In this document: one piece after another, positions 58,351-60,125 of the stretch
Numbering within the stretch: position 1 is the first letter of the stretch
Layout of the letters: each line of letters begins with the position of its first letter
Virus record (IMG/VR): IMGVR_UViG_3300044626_000224
Location: 1-60,125 of that record
Length of the DNA: 60,125 nt
From: a virus
Taxonomy: Duplodnaviria > Caudoviricetes
Direction: 5' to 3' (one strand)
Program-made: the position numbers and the translations under genes
The notes under the pieces: generated by a model
Database searches by the model: none
Told to the model about the DNA's origin: nothing
Seen by the model: the letters and a program-made list of their open reading frames with translations, nothing else

Positions 58351-58755
58351 ATGTTTATCACTTACCCACAACCCAATGGACAAGTAGCAGTAGTTATTCC
58401 TACTGGCGATGTTAATGACGCAATCAAAGATGTTCCAGCAGGAGTAGAATACAAGATTATCGAATCAGTTGATATTGATAACGACTACTTCAACGCATAC
58501 GAGTTTGACGCTGAACTTGGCGCAAAGGTCAATATTGATAAAGCTAAAGCTATTCACCTTGATAAGTTTCGTAATGCTCGCGCTCCTAAACTTTCCAAAC
58601 TCGACATTAACTTTATGAAGGCAGTTGAGACCAACGACGAAGAGAAGAAAGCTGAAATCATTGCCGCTAAACAAGCACTCCGCGATGTTACTTTGACTCC
58701 GCTTCCAGATGATCTTGCTGGCATCAAAGCAACTTGGCCCGATATTCTGAATTAA
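58351..58755 (+). CDS. Tail fibre assembly chaperone-like protein
   Basis: KDVPAG..YKI, R.AR.P.L..LD..FMKA.E...KQALRD.T...W. Confidence 0.6.
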   Translation: MFITYPQPNGQVAVVIPTGDVNDAIKDVPAGVEYKIIESVDIDNDYFNAYEFDAELGAKVNIDKAKAIHLDKFRNARAPKLSKLDINFMKAVETNDEEKKAEIIAAKQALRDVTLTPLPDDLAGIKATWPDILN

Positions 58756-58760
58756 ATATT

Positions 58761-59612
58761 ATGACTCCATGCACTCCAGCACCTCCATGCGACTTGGAAT
58801 ATCCATTGTTCTGTGAACCCCGTGAGATTACAGCAATCGCTAAAAGGTTGGTTGTAGAAGATTCATCTGCTTGCGATAAGACGCTTCAGACTCCACCATC
58901 CAGTCAAGTTCTTGTGTCTAACACAAACGGAACAATATCGTGGACTAATGGAGCGAATGATACTCTTCTACGAAAGACATCAACTGGAAGCGTTGAGTTT
59001 GCTACGCTGAATAACATTCTTCAAGCTAACCCAGTTAATCTTGGTAGCCAATCATTGACTACTACCGGAACGATAAATGCAGGAATAGTCAATGCTACCA
59101 GCGTTACTCTTGCCGCGAATCCAACTACAAATCTTCAAGCTACAACCAAGCAGTATGTTGATGCCGCTGATGCTCTGAAGCTCAATAAGGCTGGAGATAC
59201 GATGACTGGTGCGCTTATTGTGAACAGCACGATTTCCAGCAACTCGACCATCTTGGCGAATGGAAACTCATCCAAAATTGGATATGACACAGGTGCTGGT
59301 GGATCGGTTACCCAAGGCGCGGGAGCAAAGACAAATTCTGTTACACTCAATCGTCCTACTGGAATTATCGTTACCGATAGCGCGGCACTCGCGGCCAATA
59401 CTGCCGTTACCTTCAACTTGAGCAATTCGGTTATCGACGCTACTGACATTGTTGTTGTAAGTCATATCTCTGGAGGAACACTTGGATCATACAACTTTGC
59501 GGTAGCTCCAGCGGCAGGCAATGCTAACATCGTGATTAGGAATATCACCGCAGGAAGTTTGTCTGAAGCACTGACATTGCGGTTCATTGCAATCAAGAGT
59601 GTCAACGCATAA
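58761..59612 (+). CDS. Tail fibre/appendage protein, variant B
   Basis: N-terminal anchor shared with 3419-4756; ATTKQYVD...KAGDTMTG fibre motif. Confidence 0.7.
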   Translation: MTPCTPAPPCDLEYPLFCEPREITAIAKRLVVEDSSACDKTLQTPPSSQVLVSNTNGTISWTNGANDTLLRKTSTGSVEFATLNNILQANPVNLGSQSLTTTGTINAGIVNATSVTLAANPTTNLQATTKQYVDAADALKLNKAGDTMTGALIVNSTISSNSTILANGNSSKIGYDTGAGGSVTQGAGAKTNSVTLNRPTGIIVTDSAALAANTAVTFNLSNSVIDATDIVVVSHISGGTLGSYNFAVAPAAGNANIVIRNITAGSLSEALTLRFIAIKSVNA

Positions 59613-60125
59613 TGCCAGCAGAAGGGTCAGTCTTTGATGGATTCACAAGTATCATCGCGCAAGACGCAGATACCCATCCATCGTATTTACCAGAGTCTGT
59701 AGTATCAGAATCGGTAAATAGGACATTCCGAGGCGGCATTAACAGGACAAGACCAAGTATTCGGAACATCCCGATTATGGCTGGAGACGGAGAAGCTGAA
59801 ACTATCGTTAACGATATTCTTGGAGGTAACTTCCAAGGTGCGTATCCATATCGTGCAACTAACTTGAAAACGAGCGATGGTATCTTGCTATCGGTATCTG
59901 GGATCATCTACTTTCTGAAGATGGTAAACAACCGAGCGTTTGCCTACAAGGTCATCGAAGGCAACGATCCGGGCATGATGCACACATGGTTCGTGCAGGC
60001 AGAAGATAGAGTTTATATCCAGAATGGATACCAGAATGCCATAGCATGGGATGGCGACCTTAATACTCCAGCATACAGGCTCAATCCATTTAAGCAGCAA
60101 ATGCCGATTGGGACGATCATGGAGT
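59612..60125 (+). CDS. 5' part of tail nozzle gene, variant B allele (truncated by window end)
   Basis: MPAEGSVFDGFTSIIAQDADTHPSYLPESVV, homologous to 4759 onward with many synonymous changes. Confidence 0.85.
   Translation, partial: MPAEGSVFDGFTSIIAQDADTHPSYLPESVVSESVNRTFRGGINRTRPSIRNIPIMAGDGEAETIVNDILGGNFQGAYPYRATNLKTSDGILLSVSGIIYFLKMVNNRAFAYKVIEGNDPGMMHTWFVQAEDRVYIQNGYQNAIAWDGDLNTPAYRLNPFKQQMPIGTIME

Larger units (their letters stand above)
138..59816. repeat. Dispersed 14-bp palindrome TATCG-N4-CGATA (N4 mostly KWWM), at least 31 perfect copies
   Basis: Starts at 138, 2433, 3672, 4950, 7277, 12774, 14022, 15877, 18822, 20637, 23216, 24170, 25499, 26229, 26628, 27456, 27836, 28163, 28950, 30934, 34622, 38345, 39877, 41561, 43751, 48585, 51178, 54618, 56053, 59366, 59803; near-matches at 11514, 24677, 27213, 28376, 29291, 30147. 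Confidence 0.95.

Noticed and set aside
158-59612. Invertase shufflon or diversity-generating retroelement for fibre variation
   Set aside because: Both modules are in direct orientation; no recombinase or reverse transcriptase recognised; differences are whole-domain, not adenine-specific

Overview
The window is an essentially complete ~54.5 kb dsDNA tailed-phage genome with podovirus-like architecture. It encodes TerL, portal, scaffold, major capsid, adaptor/nozzle-like proteins, three internal-virion proteins, collagen-like fibres and a lysis cassette. Replication is lambda-type (initiator plus DnaB), and there is an SF2 helicase, a Cas4-like nuclease, an SSB, a resolvase, three glycosyltransferases and a dCMP deaminase; I recognised no integrase, DNA polymerase or tRNA. 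The contig runs once round the circle and carries two different versions of the tail-fibre module (128-5145 and 54608-59998). These are bounded by two exact 127-bp overlaps (1-127 = 54481-54607; 5146-5272 = 59999-60125), which looks like a k=127 assembly bubble of two co-occurring variants. The most striking unexplained signal is a 14-bp palindrome TATCG-KWWM-CGATA, present at least 31 times genome-wide, both between genes and inside genes in different reading frames, and conserved between the two variants. In the early region the same motif forms the apex of a repeated, covarying RNA hairpin with an invariant ACU/CA internal loop, placed between small genes. All product calls are from motif recognition and synteny by eye; no database search was run.
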